NCBI GenBank assembly: GCA_964443275.1
Contig: CAYUCE010000001.1
Location: 577-64,576 of the forward strand
Length of the DNA stretch: 64,000 nt
Source: an uncultured Thermotogae bacterium
GTDB lineage: Bacteria; Bipolaricaulota; Bipolaricaulia; CAYUCE01
Direction: 5' to 3'
Below the pieces are notes generated by a model, which was given only the letters and a program-made list of their open reading frames with translations, made no database searches and was not told the DNA's origin. Below are positions 18,384 through 28,204 of this stretch, piece after piece. The translations under genes were made by a program, and so were the position numbers. Numbering within the stretch: the first letter of the stretch is position 1; the number at the start of each line of letters is the position of its first letter.

Positions 18384-19079
18384 CTATAAAACCAAGACGG
18401 GCAGCAATAGTACCATCAGGAGGTTGGCCACTGCGTATTTAATCATTTCCCAGAAGTAATTATTCTGTCCCCAGAAATAGTTGCTCTGATTCTGGGGCTG
18501 GGCCGGCCGAACCTGGGTTCCCAGCTCCCTCGGCTGTGGCTGCTGCACCCGTTCTTCGGGGGCTGCAGATCTAAGCACCATTTCCACACTGTGCCCGCTA
18601 TCCTTATAACTTATCACCAACTCTTTTGTGCTGTCTATACCAGCGGGAAGTAAAACAATCCCCTTACTAGTAACTTGCTGCAGGTTTCCGGGCTCAAAAT
18701 CGGAAGTAACCTTTATTACCTGTGCGGGCTCCAACTTGTTTTTAAAGCCACCCTGACCTACGTATATTTGGTAAGGATCAAAGGAAGCCTCCCCTTGAAC
18801 CGTGGCCATGACTAACATTGCCTTCTCGTCTTGGTAAGGCCTGATGGCATCCTTTATATCTGGATTTAAATCACTGTCCAACGTACGCTCATTGATATAA
18901 ATAAAGGTTAGCATTAACCGGGCGCCACCTTGATCGTAAAGGATAACCCCTATCAGATCAGAGTCAAGATTGGCCTCACTTGCTATACGGCTCTTTATAG
19001 TTTCTTCCAAACCCTGACCATAAGCGGCAACCGCTAATCCTAAGCTTAATATAACCGCCACCAGGAGGACCTTTCTCAA
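18384..19079 (-). CDS. Secreted or membrane-anchored hypothetical protein
   Basis: N-terminal signal peptide MRKVLLVAVILSLGLAVAAYGQ, a Q/P-rich low-complexity linker and a C-terminal hydrophobic anchor. No recognisable catalytic motif. Confidence 0.5.
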   Translation of the reverse strand: MRKVLLVAVILSLGLAVAAYGQGLEETIKSRIASEANLDSDLIGVILYDQGGARLMLTFIYINERTLDSDLNPDIKDAIRPYQDEKAMLVMATVQGEASFDPYQIYVGQGGFKNKLEPAQVIKVTSDFEPGNLQQVTSKGIVLLPAGIDSTKELVISYKDSGHSVEMVLRSAAPEERVQQPQPRELGTQVRPAQPQNQSNYFWGQNNYFWEMIKYAVANLLMVLLLPVLVL

Positions 19080-19343
19080 AATAACCTCCTCTTTGAAAAC
19101 TAAAAGCTGATTATTTTTTACCTGCCTTCACCGATTCTCAGCAAGGACCAGTACAGGTTATCCCAGCCAAAAAGAAAGCTACAAAAAACCACCAGAATCC
19201 AAAGAAATACCACCACCAAGGCATATTTAACACCTCCTTATTTTTTGTATAATTTAATATACATCAATTTTAGCTAAATGTCAAGCCAGCCACCGGGCTT
19301 AAGAAAATCCCTTAAGCCTTTTATCTGGAGCCGTCTGAAAACA

Positions 19344-20258
19344 CTAGCTTATGGCCAGCTCAATCCATATATCCGCCACCACTTCCCCTTCTGAATTTAA
19401 GGCTTCAACAAAGAAGAAATATTTACCGTGTGCACCGGATGATAAATCCCCGCTTATTTTACCGGTTGCCGGATCCATGGAAAGACCTATCTCCGATAGT
19501 GAATCGTTTCTCCAACCGGCCGCTCCGTTTTGAGTCCATATAACGGTATCAGCCGGGGCCAGCCGGAAAGTCACAGAATCCGCCATCTGAAGAAGTTGGG
19601 CCATAACGTGATCCTTAATTCTTAAGCGTAGCTTTTTATCCTTATATTCATAAGGATTAACAAAATGCTTTATGAAAAAGTCCGGGCTCTTGGACTCCAG
19701 ACATGTGGGTTGAGGATAACAAGGGCGCCAGCACGGCCAACACGGACGGCAGTACGACCAGCAGTATGTGTAGCACGGCTGCCCGCAAGGTTCAGGACAA
19801 CCTTGAGCTATCTCGAAGCTAACCTGGTAAGTGCCACAACATAAAGTTTCAATCACCATCCTGTACCGGCCTGCCGAAACCTGATTTCCCCAACTGCTTT
19901 TTTGATCCCAGGTCCACGTCCAGGAAGTTCCCGGTATCGCTTGGATATCGAAATCCACGAATTCACGGCTGTAGACTACATTGCCTGCATACCAAAGGGG
20001 TTGCCACCGTTGAATATAGATGTTTTCAAACACCACATCATAATCTTGGGGATTTGAGAAGCTAAAAGTTACCTCTTCCCCCAACTGGTAAGTTGCCTTC
20101 GCTGTGCTTAAGGCAGAAGAACGATCCGGACAACAGGGATTACAGTTACCGCAAGGGTTACATCCACATTGAGCACTGACCGAGGCCCCGAATAAGCTTA
20201 CCAGCAAAAGGGCAGCCAGAATTAGGACGGCTGGTTTTGACCACCTTGGGATGTTCAT
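19344..20258 (-). CDS. Secreted Cys/Trp-rich protein with a C-terminal Ig-like (putative-Ig/cadherin-like) domain
   Basis: Signal peptide, then CGCNPCGNCNPCCP. A second cluster is CPEPCGQPCYTYCWSYCRPCWPCWRPCYPQPTC. The C-terminal LSMDPATGKISGD...GKYFFFVEALN resembles the LxxDxxTGxIxG putative-Ig motif. Confidence 0.55.
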   Translation of the reverse strand: MNIPRWSKPAVLILAALLLVSLFGASVSAQCGCNPCGNCNPCCPDRSSALSTAKATYQLGEEVTFSFSNPQDYDVVFENIYIQRWQPLWYAGNVVYSREFVDFDIQAIPGTSWTWTWDQKSSWGNQVSAGRYRMVIETLCCGTYQVSFEIAQGCPEPCGQPCYTYCWSYCRPCWPCWRPCYPQPTCLESKSPDFFIKHFVNPYEYKDKKLRLRIKDHVMAQLLQMADSVTFRLAPADTVIWTQNGAAGWRNDSLSEIGLSMDPATGKISGDLSSGAHGKYFFFVEALNSEGEVVADIWIELAIS

Positions 20259-20442
20259 TTTTCCCTCCTCCTTAAATTTCTTATTTTAGGCCACTTATTT
20301 TATAAACCATTTTCAGCCTCTCGTCAATATGTGGAATATCATTATCAAAGGTTTGGTGAGCTTTTGGCCAGGGGTAAGCTTGATATAGGTCAGGACGTAG
20401 GATAGAATAAGATGAAAGTGTACAAATTAGAGTGAATTAACC

Positions 20443-21495
20443 TTGAACCAGAACAGAATGACCAATGATATGCCGCCCGAAGTGACGGTACCGGATATAA
20501 GGAAGAAAACGCTAAAGTTGCTTCTCCAGATACCAAAAGGAAAAGTAACTACCTATCAAATACTGGCTCAATACCTGGGAGACAAAATTGCATCTCGGGC
20601 CGTGGGTCAAATAATGGCCCAGAATCCCTGGCCTGATAAGTATCCCTGCTACAAAGTTGTTCACAGTGACGGCAGTGTAGGTAAATATTCCGCCCCCGGC
20701 GGAGGTGCGGAGAAAATCAGAAAGTTACGTCAAGATGGTGTGGAAATTGCAAAGAACAGAATAAACAACCTCCCTCAGTATTTATTTGGCGATTTTGAGT
20801 CGGATGAGCCGCTCAAGAGGTTACGAACCATCCAGCACAAAATAGTCAACCGAGCATCATTTGACTCCGACCCAGTTGAGTATCAAACGGTAGGAGGGGT
20901 GGATGTATCTTACGGGAAGAAAAGGAGGGCAGTGGCAGCCTACACCCTCTTTGATCTTAGAAACAAGAAGCTCCTTTACCAAAGAGTTAAAGAATCAGAA
21001 GTGGTATTCCCTTATATCCCTACCTACTTAGCATTTAGAGAACTTCCTATCATGAGCGGGCTTCTAACTGAGGTTAAAGGAGACCATAAGATGGCCGACG
21101 TGGTAATGGTAGATGGAAACGGCATGCTTCATCCCCGACACGCGGGGATTGCTTCTCACCTGGGAGTTATCTTAAACATATCCACAATTGGGGTGGCTAA
21201 AAAACTCCTCTGCGGTGAAGGAGACTTGGAAGACATTGCTAGTCGGGAAGTCAGATACATTTGGCTGGAAGGTGAAAAAATCGGGGCAGCAGTAAAGACC
21301 ACTGAACGGGCTAAGCCCATTTACGTATCGCCCGGCCACAGGTGCAATCTGAACTCGGTGATAAAAATCACCCTAAAAGTTTCGGATTATAAGATCCCAG
21401 AGCCCATAAGGGCAGCCCACCGCATAGGTAGGGAAGCGGTAAAACTTGGAAAGAGAAAGGAAGAAAAAGGCGATCAACGAACGCTTGACCTTTGA
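20443..21495 (+). CDS. Fusion protein: alkyltransferase-like (MGMT DNA-binding/active-site domain) N-terminus + endonuclease V (Nfi) C-terminus
   Basis: The N-terminus (TTYQILAQYLGDKIASRAVGQIMAQNPWPDKYPCYKVVHSDGSVGKY) aligns with the Ogt C-terminal domain, retaining Cys in a PCYKV (PCHRV-like) motif. The C-terminus (GGVDVSY...DGNGMLHPRHAGIASHLGVILNISTIGVAKK) matches EndoV catalytic motifs. Confidence 0.75.
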   Translation: MNQNRMTNDMPPEVTVPDIRKKTLKLLLQIPKGKVTTYQILAQYLGDKIASRAVGQIMAQNPWPDKYPCYKVVHSDGSVGKYSAPGGGAEKIRKLRQDGVEIAKNRINNLPQYLFGDFESDEPLKRLRTIQHKIVNRASFDSDPVEYQTVGGVDVSYGKKRRAVAAYTLFDLRNKKLLYQRVKESEVVFPYIPTYLAFRELPIMSGLLTEVKGDHKMADVVMVDGNGMLHPRHAGIASHLGVILNISTIGVAKKLLCGEGDLEDIASREVRYIWLEGEKIGAAVKTTERAKPIYVSPGHRCNLNSVIKITLKVSDYKIPEPIRAAHRIGREAVKLGKRKEEKGDQRTLDL

Positions 21496-21576
21496 CTTTA
21501 CCTTGAAATTGGTGGTTTAACGATGATCTGCACAGGAACGATGAGGTTGTGAGGTCTTAGGTGAACGGAGGGTAGA

Positions 21577-22137
21577 ATGCGTAAGGAAGAAGATAATAAC
21601 GATCGACGGCAAGAAGATGAGGAGATGAAGGAAATATTTGAAAACTTGGGTGAAGATTTATCCAAACTTTTGGGAAAACTGGCCGAGAAGGGTGCCAAGA
21701 TGCGAGAAACTGGTCAATTTGGATTCTTCCAGGATTTAGAAGATATGATGAGCAAAGAGATGGACTTAGGGATAAAGAATTTAGAAGATCTCTTTAAAAA
21801 TTTCTCCCCCCAGAATTTTGGCTCTGAATTTAGCACCGATACAACCCGTCAAGATAAGAAAAAAAGGAAAGAAGAAGAAGAGAATATCCAAGAACCAAGT
21901 TGCGATATATTTGAAGAAGAGGAAGAAATTCTTATATACCTGGAGCTTCCCGGTGTAAATCAGGAGGACATATCCATCAACCAAGAGGGCAGGGAGCTTC
22001 TGATTAAAGCCCGTCATCAAACCGGCAGATATGAAAAAAAGATAAAGTTACCTGAAAAAGCTACCGGTATGCCCTCTTACAGTTTCAAAAACGGAATCCT
22101 TAAAATTCAATTAGCGAAGGAACCTGAGAAGAATTGA
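21577..22137 (+). CDS. Hsp20/alpha-crystallin family small heat-shock protein with acidic low-complexity N-terminus
   Basis: The C-terminal ~90 aa (CDIFEEEEEILIYLELPGVNQEDISINQEGRELLIKAR...SFKNGILKIQL) matches the alpha-crystallin domain. ATGA overlap with the downstream CDC48. Confidence 0.7.
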   Translation: MRKEEDNNDRRQEDEEMKEIFENLGEDLSKLLGKLAEKGAKMRETGQFGFFQDLEDMMSKEMDLGIKNLEDLFKNFSPQNFGSEFSTDTTRQDKKKRKEEEENIQEPSCDIFEEEEEILIYLELPGVNQEDISINQEGRELLIKARHQTGRYEKKIKLPEKATGMPSYSFKNGILKIQLAKEPEKN

Positions 22138-24254
22138 TTGAACTAAAAGTTAAAGAAGCTCTTTCCAAAGATGTGGGAAGAGCAGTAGCTAGAATCGATC
22201 CCCAATTAATAGAGGAGTTGGGGTTGGAATCCGGTGATGTAATCTCTATACGTGGGGGTAAACAGGCTGTAGCCCGAGTAATGCCCACCCCACCTGCCAA
22301 CAGAGGCCAAGAGATAATCCAGATTGATGGTATCCTAAGACAAAATGCCGAGTTGAGGATAGGAAGCTTGGCCAAGGTTGAACCGGGAGAAGTTAGACCG
22401 GCCAAAGCAATTCACCTCCTACCATTGACCTTAAGCCCTAAAAAATCCTCACAGGATAGAAATTTTGTAAAGCGGAGTTTACTTAACATTCCCTTAATGG
22501 AAGGAGCCCAGGTACGAGTGAACCTATTCGGATCCGGATTTCAAAATTTCGAGGTCGAGTACACCAATCCATCCGGGGCAGTAATAGTTGACCAGAACTC
22601 TCAAATCAAGATAGAAGAACCAACAGTAAAAAAAGGGACAGCGGCAAAAAGAGGTCTCTCATATGAGGATATAGGAGGTCTGGATGAACAAGTGGACCGC
22701 ATTCGGGAGATGATCGAGCTACCCTTAAAGTATCCAGTGATCTTTGAACAACTGGGTATTGATCCTCCCCGAGGTGTTCTATTATACGGGTCCCCTGGTA
22801 CCGGGAAGACACTTATTGCCCGGGCTTTGGCCAACGAGACAGAGGCCTATTTTACCTCTATTAACGGCCCGGAAGTAATGAGCATGTTCTATGGCCAATC
22901 CGAGGCGAATTTGCGTAAAGTATTTGACCAAGCCAAGCACAATCAACCCAGTATTATCTTTATCGATGAGATAGACGCCCTAGCCCCTAAACGAGAGGAG
23001 ATGACCGGAAAGGGAGAAGTAGAAAAAAGAGTTGTCTCCCAACTTTTGACACTCTTAGATGGATTGGAAAAGCGGGAGCAGGTAGTAGTAATTGGAGCCA
23101 CAAACATCCCCGGTACCCTGGATCCAGCCTTGCGAAGACCGGGACGATTAGACCGAGAAATTGCTATTACCATACCCGATGCCCAGGATCGAAAGGAGAT
23201 ACTAGAAATTCATACTAGAGGAATGCCTCTAACTAAAGATGTAGACTTGGAAAGGCTAGCCGAGATTACTCACGGCTTTGTGGGAGCGGACATCGAAGTG
23301 CTGTGTAAGGAAGCAGCCATGAGAGCACTTAGAAGGATCCTTCCCGACCTTGATCTTGAATCTGAAGACATAACTTATGAGGTGATCTTTGAATTAAAAG
23401 TCAAGCTAGGTGATTTCTCCCAAGCCCTAAAGGAAATTGAACCCTCCGCAACCCGTGAAGTATTCGTGGAAATTCCAAATGTTACCTGGGAAGACGTAGG
23501 AGGATTAGAAGATGTAAAGAACAAACTCAAGCAGGTGATCCAGTGGCCTTTCAAATATAAAGAAATCTACAGGAAGGTAAATGTAAAACCCCCTCGGGGG
23601 GTACTCCTTTCCGGTCCTCCGGGAACCGGCAAGACCCTTTTGGCAAAGGCAGTGGCTTGTGAATGTGAGATCAATTTTATCTCCATTAAGGGCCCAGAAC
23701 TTTCCTCAAAATGGTTTGGTGAGTCGGAGAAGAAAGTCCGAGACCTATTCAAAAAAGCCCGCCAAGCTTCTCCCTGTATCGTTTTTTTGGACGAAATTGA
23801 TGCTTTAGCCGGAAAAAGGGGCACTACGTTTTCCGATGCCTCGGCGAGAATAACCAGCCAACTGCTCACTGAATTGGATGGGATAGTGCCACTGGAAGGG
23901 GTAATAGTAATAGGGGCCACTAACAAGATAGAACTGGTGGACGAGGCTTTACTCCGTCCGGGTAGGCTGGACCTGGTGCTAAAAACTCACCTGCCTGATT
24001 TAATAGAGCGAATAGCCATACTTAAAGTGCATACCCGAGGGATGCCTATCGGCGAGATTGATTTCGAAGAACTTGCCATGGATACCGAGGGTATGAATGG
24101 AGCGGACTTGGAGCTCATTTGCCGGGAGGCGGCCATGAATAGGATTGAGAAAGTAGTGCTTGAGCAAAAAAAGTCGAGCCTCAACAATTTAAAAATCCAA
24201 CAGGTTGATTTTGATCAGGCTGTGGTCAATCTGAAAAGTAGAGAAGAAGACTAA
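22134..24254 (+). CDS. CDC48/VAT/p97-type AAA+ ATPase (N-domain + two AAA modules)
   Basis: N-terminal double-psi/beta-clam domain, D1 Walker [15 protein letters not shown]2 Walker [14 protein letters not shown], Walker B DEID in both, SRH regions; 706 aa. Confidence 0.9.
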   Translation: MIELKVKEALSKDVGRAVARIDPQLIEELGLESGDVISIRGGKQAVARVMPTPPANRGQEIIQIDGILRQNAELRIGSLAKVEPGEVRPAKAIHLLPLTLSPKKSSQDRNFVKRSLLNIPLMEGAQVRVNLFGSGFQNFEVEYTNPSGAVIVDQNSQIKIEEPTVKKGTAAKRGLSYEDIGGLDEQVDRIREMIELPLKYPVIFEQLGIDPPRGVLLYGSPGTGKTLIARALANETEAYFTSINGPEVMSMFYGQSEANLRKVFDQAKHNQPSIIFIDEIDALAPKREEMTGKGEVEKRVVSQLLTLLDGLEKREQVVVIGATNIPGTLDPALRRPGRLDREIAITIPDAQDRKEILEIHTRGMPLTKDVDLERLAEITHGFVGADIEVLCKEAAMRALRRILPDLDLESEDITYEVIFELKVKLGDFSQALKEIEPSATREVFVEIPNVTWEDVGGLEDVKNKLKQVIQWPFKYKEIYRKVNVKPPRGVLLSGPPGTGKTLLAKAVACECEINFISIKGPELSSKWFGESEKKVRDLFKKARQASPCIVFLDEIDALAGKRGTTFSDASARITSQLLTELDGIVPLEGVIVIGATNKIELVDEALLRPGRLDLVLKTHLPDLIERIAILKVHTRGMPIGEIDFEELAMDTEGMNGADLELICREAAMNRIEKVVLEQKKSSLNNLKIQQVDFDQAVVNLKSREED

Positions 24255-24278
24255 TAGCTTTTTAACTTACCAATCCGT

Positions 24279-25241
24279 TTGCCAAAAACATTCATGAAAA
24301 ACTTATATTTTTTTTCGGGAGAGAAATATCAACGACAGCGGGCAATAAAAAAGAAGCTAGGGAAGATCAGAGAAGTGGTTTCCTCCAACATGGAAGAAAT
24401 TCGACTGGACGGAGAAAAGATTGAGGCCCGCGTTTTGATAGAGAGGATAATGGCCACCCCACTATTTACTCAAACCAAATTGATTTGGGTAAAGAACACC
24501 GAGCATATACCGGATCAAACTAAACTTACCGAAAATTTAAATAACATCTCGCTCGCCAATACCTATTTAATCTTTGAATCCAGCAAAAGAGGAAAGGATA
24601 TTCCCCTATATGAACTGGTCAGAAAAAGAGGGGCCGTAAAACATTTTAACCCCATAACCAGGAAAAATTTACCCACGCAAGTGAAAAGAATCTGTAAGAA
24701 AAGAGGGGTCAAACTAACTAAAGCCGCTTTCGGTTATTTCACACAACTTATCGATGTAGACCTGCAGAGAGTAGATAATGAGATTACCAAGTTATCCTGG
24801 TACGCAAATGGAAAAGAGGTAACCAAAGAGGAGGTAGGTGAGCTTCTCTTCACCGGTGAAGAGAAGGACATTTTTCAGTTCCTGGATGCAATCGGAACCC
24901 GAGAAGGGGAAGCTGCAGAGACATTGAAAAAACTCTTGGGAGGCATGGAAGAACCGGGGAAGATATTCTATATGCTAGCTAACCATATTCGTTCGCTTCT
25001 GGTGATAAAATCGATGACTGAGCAAGGATTTACCGAAAAAGAAATTTCTGCCCGGACCGGCCAGTTTGAATGGTTAGTAAAAAAGAAAAAGAGGCAAGCA
25101 GCCAATTTCTCTGAAACTGAGCTCATCCACACTCTTCATGACCTACACCAGGAAGATTTCCTGATCAAAAGAGGTAAAACAACTCCTAAAACCACCCTGT
25201 ATAAAATAACCCTCTCCCTTATCGGGGGTAAAGAAAAGTGA
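24279..25241 (+). CDS. holA: DNA polymerase III delta subunit (HolA)-like
   Basis: 320 aa with a clamp-loader delta-like N-terminus (NLYFFSGEKYQ..., LIWVKN) and a C-terminal helical domain. Assignment by overall pattern only. Confidence 0.6.
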   Translation: MPKTFMKNLYFFSGEKYQRQRAIKKKLGKIREVVSSNMEEIRLDGEKIEARVLIERIMATPLFTQTKLIWVKNTEHIPDQTKLTENLNNISLANTYLIFESSKRGKDIPLYELVRKRGAVKHFNPITRKNLPTQVKRICKKRGVKLTKAAFGYFTQLIDVDLQRVDNEITKLSWYANGKEVTKEEVGELLFTGEEKDIFQFLDAIGTREGEAAETLKKLLGGMEEPGKIFYMLANHIRSLLVIKSMTEQGFTEKEISARTGQFEWLVKKKKRQAANFSETELIHTLHDLHQEDFLIKRGKTTPKTTLYKITLSLIGGKEK

Positions 25242-25936
25242 GCCAAATGGGGGTATTTTTTGACTTGGATGGAACCCTGGTCTATACCACCAGCTCCCGG
25301 GAAGAGAGATTTCTCAAGATATCAAAAAAAGCAGGGCTTTCCTTCACTCTCCAAGAGGTAAACGTGGCCTATCGATACGCCAATCAGTGGTGGGAAAAAC
25401 AGGGCTTTAAATTATCCGACTGGACCGAAGATAACTTTAAACAGCTAAATTTCCTCCTTTTGAAAAACTTAAGGGTCGATTCAAACCTAAATTATCTAGC
25501 TGAGAAGTTAACCCGCTTGTGGGAAGAGGTTCCTTGGTCCAAACCGTATCCAGAAATAAATGATATATTGAAAAATCTCGAAAGTAAAGGCTTTAAATTG
25601 GGTATCTTATCTCACAGATCTCCTCCCGGCATCCAAAGAGCGATAAAATGCCTAGGGTGGCAGGATCACTTTACTGTAACTTCAAGCCCCGTAGATGCCA
25701 AAATCCCCGAAGGCAAGGAGGATTTGAGAATGTGGGAATACGGTTTAGAAAAGATAGGACTGAAAGCAAGTAAGGTGATCCACGTGGGGGATGAATACGA
25801 AACCGATGTATTAGGAGCGGAAAAAGCAGGAATACTGCCTATTCTAATAGATAGGGATAACAGGTACAGTAACAGAAATTTACACTGCTTCCGGGGGGAT
25901 AATCTGAGATTTTTGTTCAAAGTGTTGAATCTGTAA
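25238..25936 (+). CDS. HAD-superfamily hydrolase
   Basis: Motif I FFDLDGTLV, motif III/IV HVGDEYETDVLGAEKAG; 232 aa. Confidence 0.75.
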   Translation: MSQMGVFFDLDGTLVYTTSSREERFLKISKKAGLSFTLQEVNVAYRYANQWWEKQGFKLSDWTEDNFKQLNFLLLKNLRVDSNLNYLAEKLTRLWEEVPWSKPYPEINDILKNLESKGFKLGILSHRSPPGIQRAIKCLGWQDHFTVTSSPVDAKIPEGKEDLRMWEYGLEKIGLKASKVIHVGDEYETDVLGAEKAGILPILIDRDNRYSNRNLHCFRGDNLRFLFKVLNL

Positions 25937-25955
25937 GTTTTCCTAAAACGCTTGC

Positions 25956-26732
25956 TCATACCTTGATGCATTTTGACATCTTGTGATGCCAGGTAAGGTG
26001 GAGTTCAAAATCAGGTGATAGACCATCATTCAAACAGCTTCTCACAGTCTCAACCGCCACTTCCGGCCGATTGTTATTTTGAGAAATATGGGCCAGATAT
26101 ACTTTCCTAAGTTTTCCCTCTTTTAAGATTTCCCGGATGGTTTCCCCGGCATCCCTGTTGGATAGATGACCCATCTGGCCTCGAATACGCTGTTTGAGGT
26201 GCCAGGGATAGTCACCGGTGATAAGCATCTTTAAATCGTGATTTGATTCAATTACCAAAACCTCGCAATCCCGCAGGTTTTCTTTCACCTCTTCGGTTAC
26301 TACTCCCAGATCTACGGCTATCCCCACTGCGCTGTCCTCATCGTTTATCCTAAATCCGCTGGGAGAGACGGCATCGTGAAACACGGGGAAGGGCTTTATA
26401 AACAGGTCTTTAATTTGTACGGGCTGGCCGTGCTCAAAATACCTAGTGGCCCAAGCCCCACTCAAATAGGAACCAGCCGCCTGGCAAGTTTTCAAGTTAA
26501 GATAAACAGGGATCTGGTAAACCCTTGAGATTCTGCCTACTTCCCGGCAATGATCTACATGCTCATGGCTCAGCAATAAAGCATCGATATCCTGTAGGTT
26601 AGGGCCAATTTTGCTAAGGGATTTAACGATCCGGCTAGCACTTATGCCCGCATCTATTAGGATCTTTGCCTCCTTTGATCCCACATAAATGCAGTTACCA
26701 CTCGAACCGCTGGCCAGTGGACAGATCTCCAT
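25956..26732 (-). CDS. MBL-fold metallo-hydrolase (YycJ/WalJ-like)
   Basis: HEHVDH zinc-binding motif, downstream His/Asp ligands; 258 aa. Confidence 0.8.
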   Translation of the reverse strand: MEICPLASGSSGNCIYVGSKEAKILIDAGISASRIVKSLSKIGPNLQDIDALLLSHEHVDHCREVGRISRVYQIPVYLNLKTCQAAGSYLSGAWATRYFEHGQPVQIKDLFIKPFPVFHDAVSPSGFRINDEDSAVGIAVDLGVVTEEVKENLRDCEVLVIESNHDLKMLITGDYPWHLKQRIRGQMGHLSNRDAGETIREILKEGKLRKVYLAHISQNNNRPEVAVETVRSCLNDGLSPDFELHLTWHHKMSKCIKV

Positions 26733-26733
26733 T

Positions 26734-27264
26734 TCAACCTATCCGGGTGGTTTTTACCCGGCTGATACCAATTAAGGTCTTCGAATCGACTATCTCACCA
26801 CTTTTTAGCATATCTTCCAGATCATCAAAGCTAAATTCCCCTACTTCCAAATTAGCTTCCTTCTTTGCCCCCTCTTGATATTCCAATTCATATCCCATAA
26901 AGAGGCTAATCCTTTCATCGGTAAACCCTGGCGAGCTATAAAAGCTGGCCAACTTGACCCACTTACCTCCTACCAGCCCGGTCTCCTCTCTGAGCTCACG
27001 TTTGGCACATTCAAGGGGTGTCTCACCGCTTTCCATTAATCCGGCCGGTATCTCCCATAGCTTATCACCAACCGGGGCTCTGAATTGCTTTACCAAAACT
27101 ACCCACTGTTTCCCCTCTCTTCGTATTAAAGGTACTATCGCCGCTGCTCCCGGATGATGTACGATCTCCCTGGTTACTAGATGACCAGTGGATAGTTTGT
27201 ACTTATCTTCAACCAATCGAAGAAGCCGACCTTTATAAATTTCTTTTGAGGATATCTTTTTCAT
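26734..27264 (-). CDS. NUDIX hydrolase (ADP-ribose pyrophosphatase-like)
   Basis: Nudix box GLMESGETPLECAKRELREETGL; 176 aa. Confidence 0.8.
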   Translation of the reverse strand: MKKISSKEIYKGRLLRLVEDKYKLSTGHLVTREIVHHPGAAAIVPLIRREGKQWVVLVKQFRAPVGDKLWEIPAGLMESGETPLECAKRELREETGLVGGKWVKLASFYSSPGFTDERISLFMGYELEYQEGAKKEANLEVGEFSFDDLEDMLKSGEIVDSKTLIGISRVKTTRIG

Positions 27265-27322
27265 ATTAGCTTAAATATGATCTCCTGCCCAAAATTTTTT
27301 AAATTAAGTTAAACGAAAAGCT

Positions 27323-28204
27323 TCACCCCCCACCCTGATCGACCAACTTCTCAAGACGCTCCCACTCAGCATCCACGGATCTTTGAATGAAGTCTATATC
27401 ATGGGTAGAAAGATGACGGAAGCGCCCCTGGGGTTTTAGGTATTCTTCCACCGGCTCACCCGTCGGCTGTTTGGTAATGTTATAATCTTTTCCTTTTTCT
27501 ATTTCATAGAGGGGGAAGACTTTGGTGTTTACCACCAGCCGAGAAATCTTGAGGGAAATTTCCGAGGGCATCTTCCATCCCGGAGGACAAGGGGACAAGA
27601 TATGGATAAATTTTGTCCCCTCCAAATCTTTAGCCTTTTTCATTTTTTTTATGAGATCCTCTGGATAGCCCACAGAAGCAGTAGCAGCATAGGGGATACG
27701 GTGAGCGGCCATTATCCCCATTATGTCTTTCTTAGGCTCTTCTTTGGGGTGTTTTTCCGGGGTAGTGGTGGTCCAAGCTCCACGTGGAGTAGCGGAGCTT
27801 CTTTGAATGCCGGTATTCATATAAGCCTCATTATCATAACATACATAAATTATATCATCATTTCTCTCACCAGCACCGGAAAGGGCTTGCAATCCTATAT
27901 CAAACGTACCCCCATCACCCGCCCAGGCTAGAACTGTCCAATCCAATCCCTTTCTTCCCAAACCGGCCTTTATGCCGGAGGCAGCGGCAGCGGCAGTCTC
28001 AAAAGGGGTATGATAAAGAGGGACCTTAAGTGAAGAATAAGGAAACGGACCGGCTATAATGGTAAAGCAACAGGCGGGTACTACCACTACAGTCTCCCTT
28101 CCCAAGGCTTTAAGGCAGTAGCGCATGGCCAAGGAGGCACCGCACCCGGGACAGGCCAAATGGCCGGGGCCCATTAGCTCTTCTTCGGGGATAGATTGTC
28201 CCAT
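27323..28204 (-). CDS. porB: Pyruvate/2-oxoacid:ferredoxin oxidoreductase beta subunit (TPP-binding)
   Basis: N-terminal Cys cluster CPGCG...C, TPP-binding GDGG motif, 293 aa. Last gene of a gamma-delta-alpha-beta operon. Confidence 0.85.
   Translation of the reverse strand: MGQSIPEEELMGPGHLACPGCGASLAMRYCLKALGRETVVVVPACCFTIIAGPFPYSSLKVPLYHTPFETAAAAASGIKAGLGRKGLDWTVLAWAGDGGTFDIGLQALSGAGERNDDIIYVCYDNEAYMNTGIQRSSATPRGAWTTTTPEKHPKEEPKKDIMGIMAAHRIPYAATASVGYPEDLIKKMKKAKDLEGTKFIHILSPCPPGWKMPSEISLKISRLVVNTKVFPLYEIEKGKDYNITKQPTGEPVEEYLKPQGRFRHLSTHDIDFIQRSVDAEWERLEKLVDQGGG

Noticed and set aside
19138-19223. Initially read a 28-aa Trp/Phe-rich peptide (MPWWWYFFGFWWFF...) after a strong SD between the two secreted-protein genes
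   Set aside because: Careful re-reading shows I had inserted an extra nucleotide. The ATG frame gives only 14 aa (MPWWWYFLDSGGFL), and the longer hydrophobic frame needs a TTG or GTG start. Kept only as a low-confidence remark.
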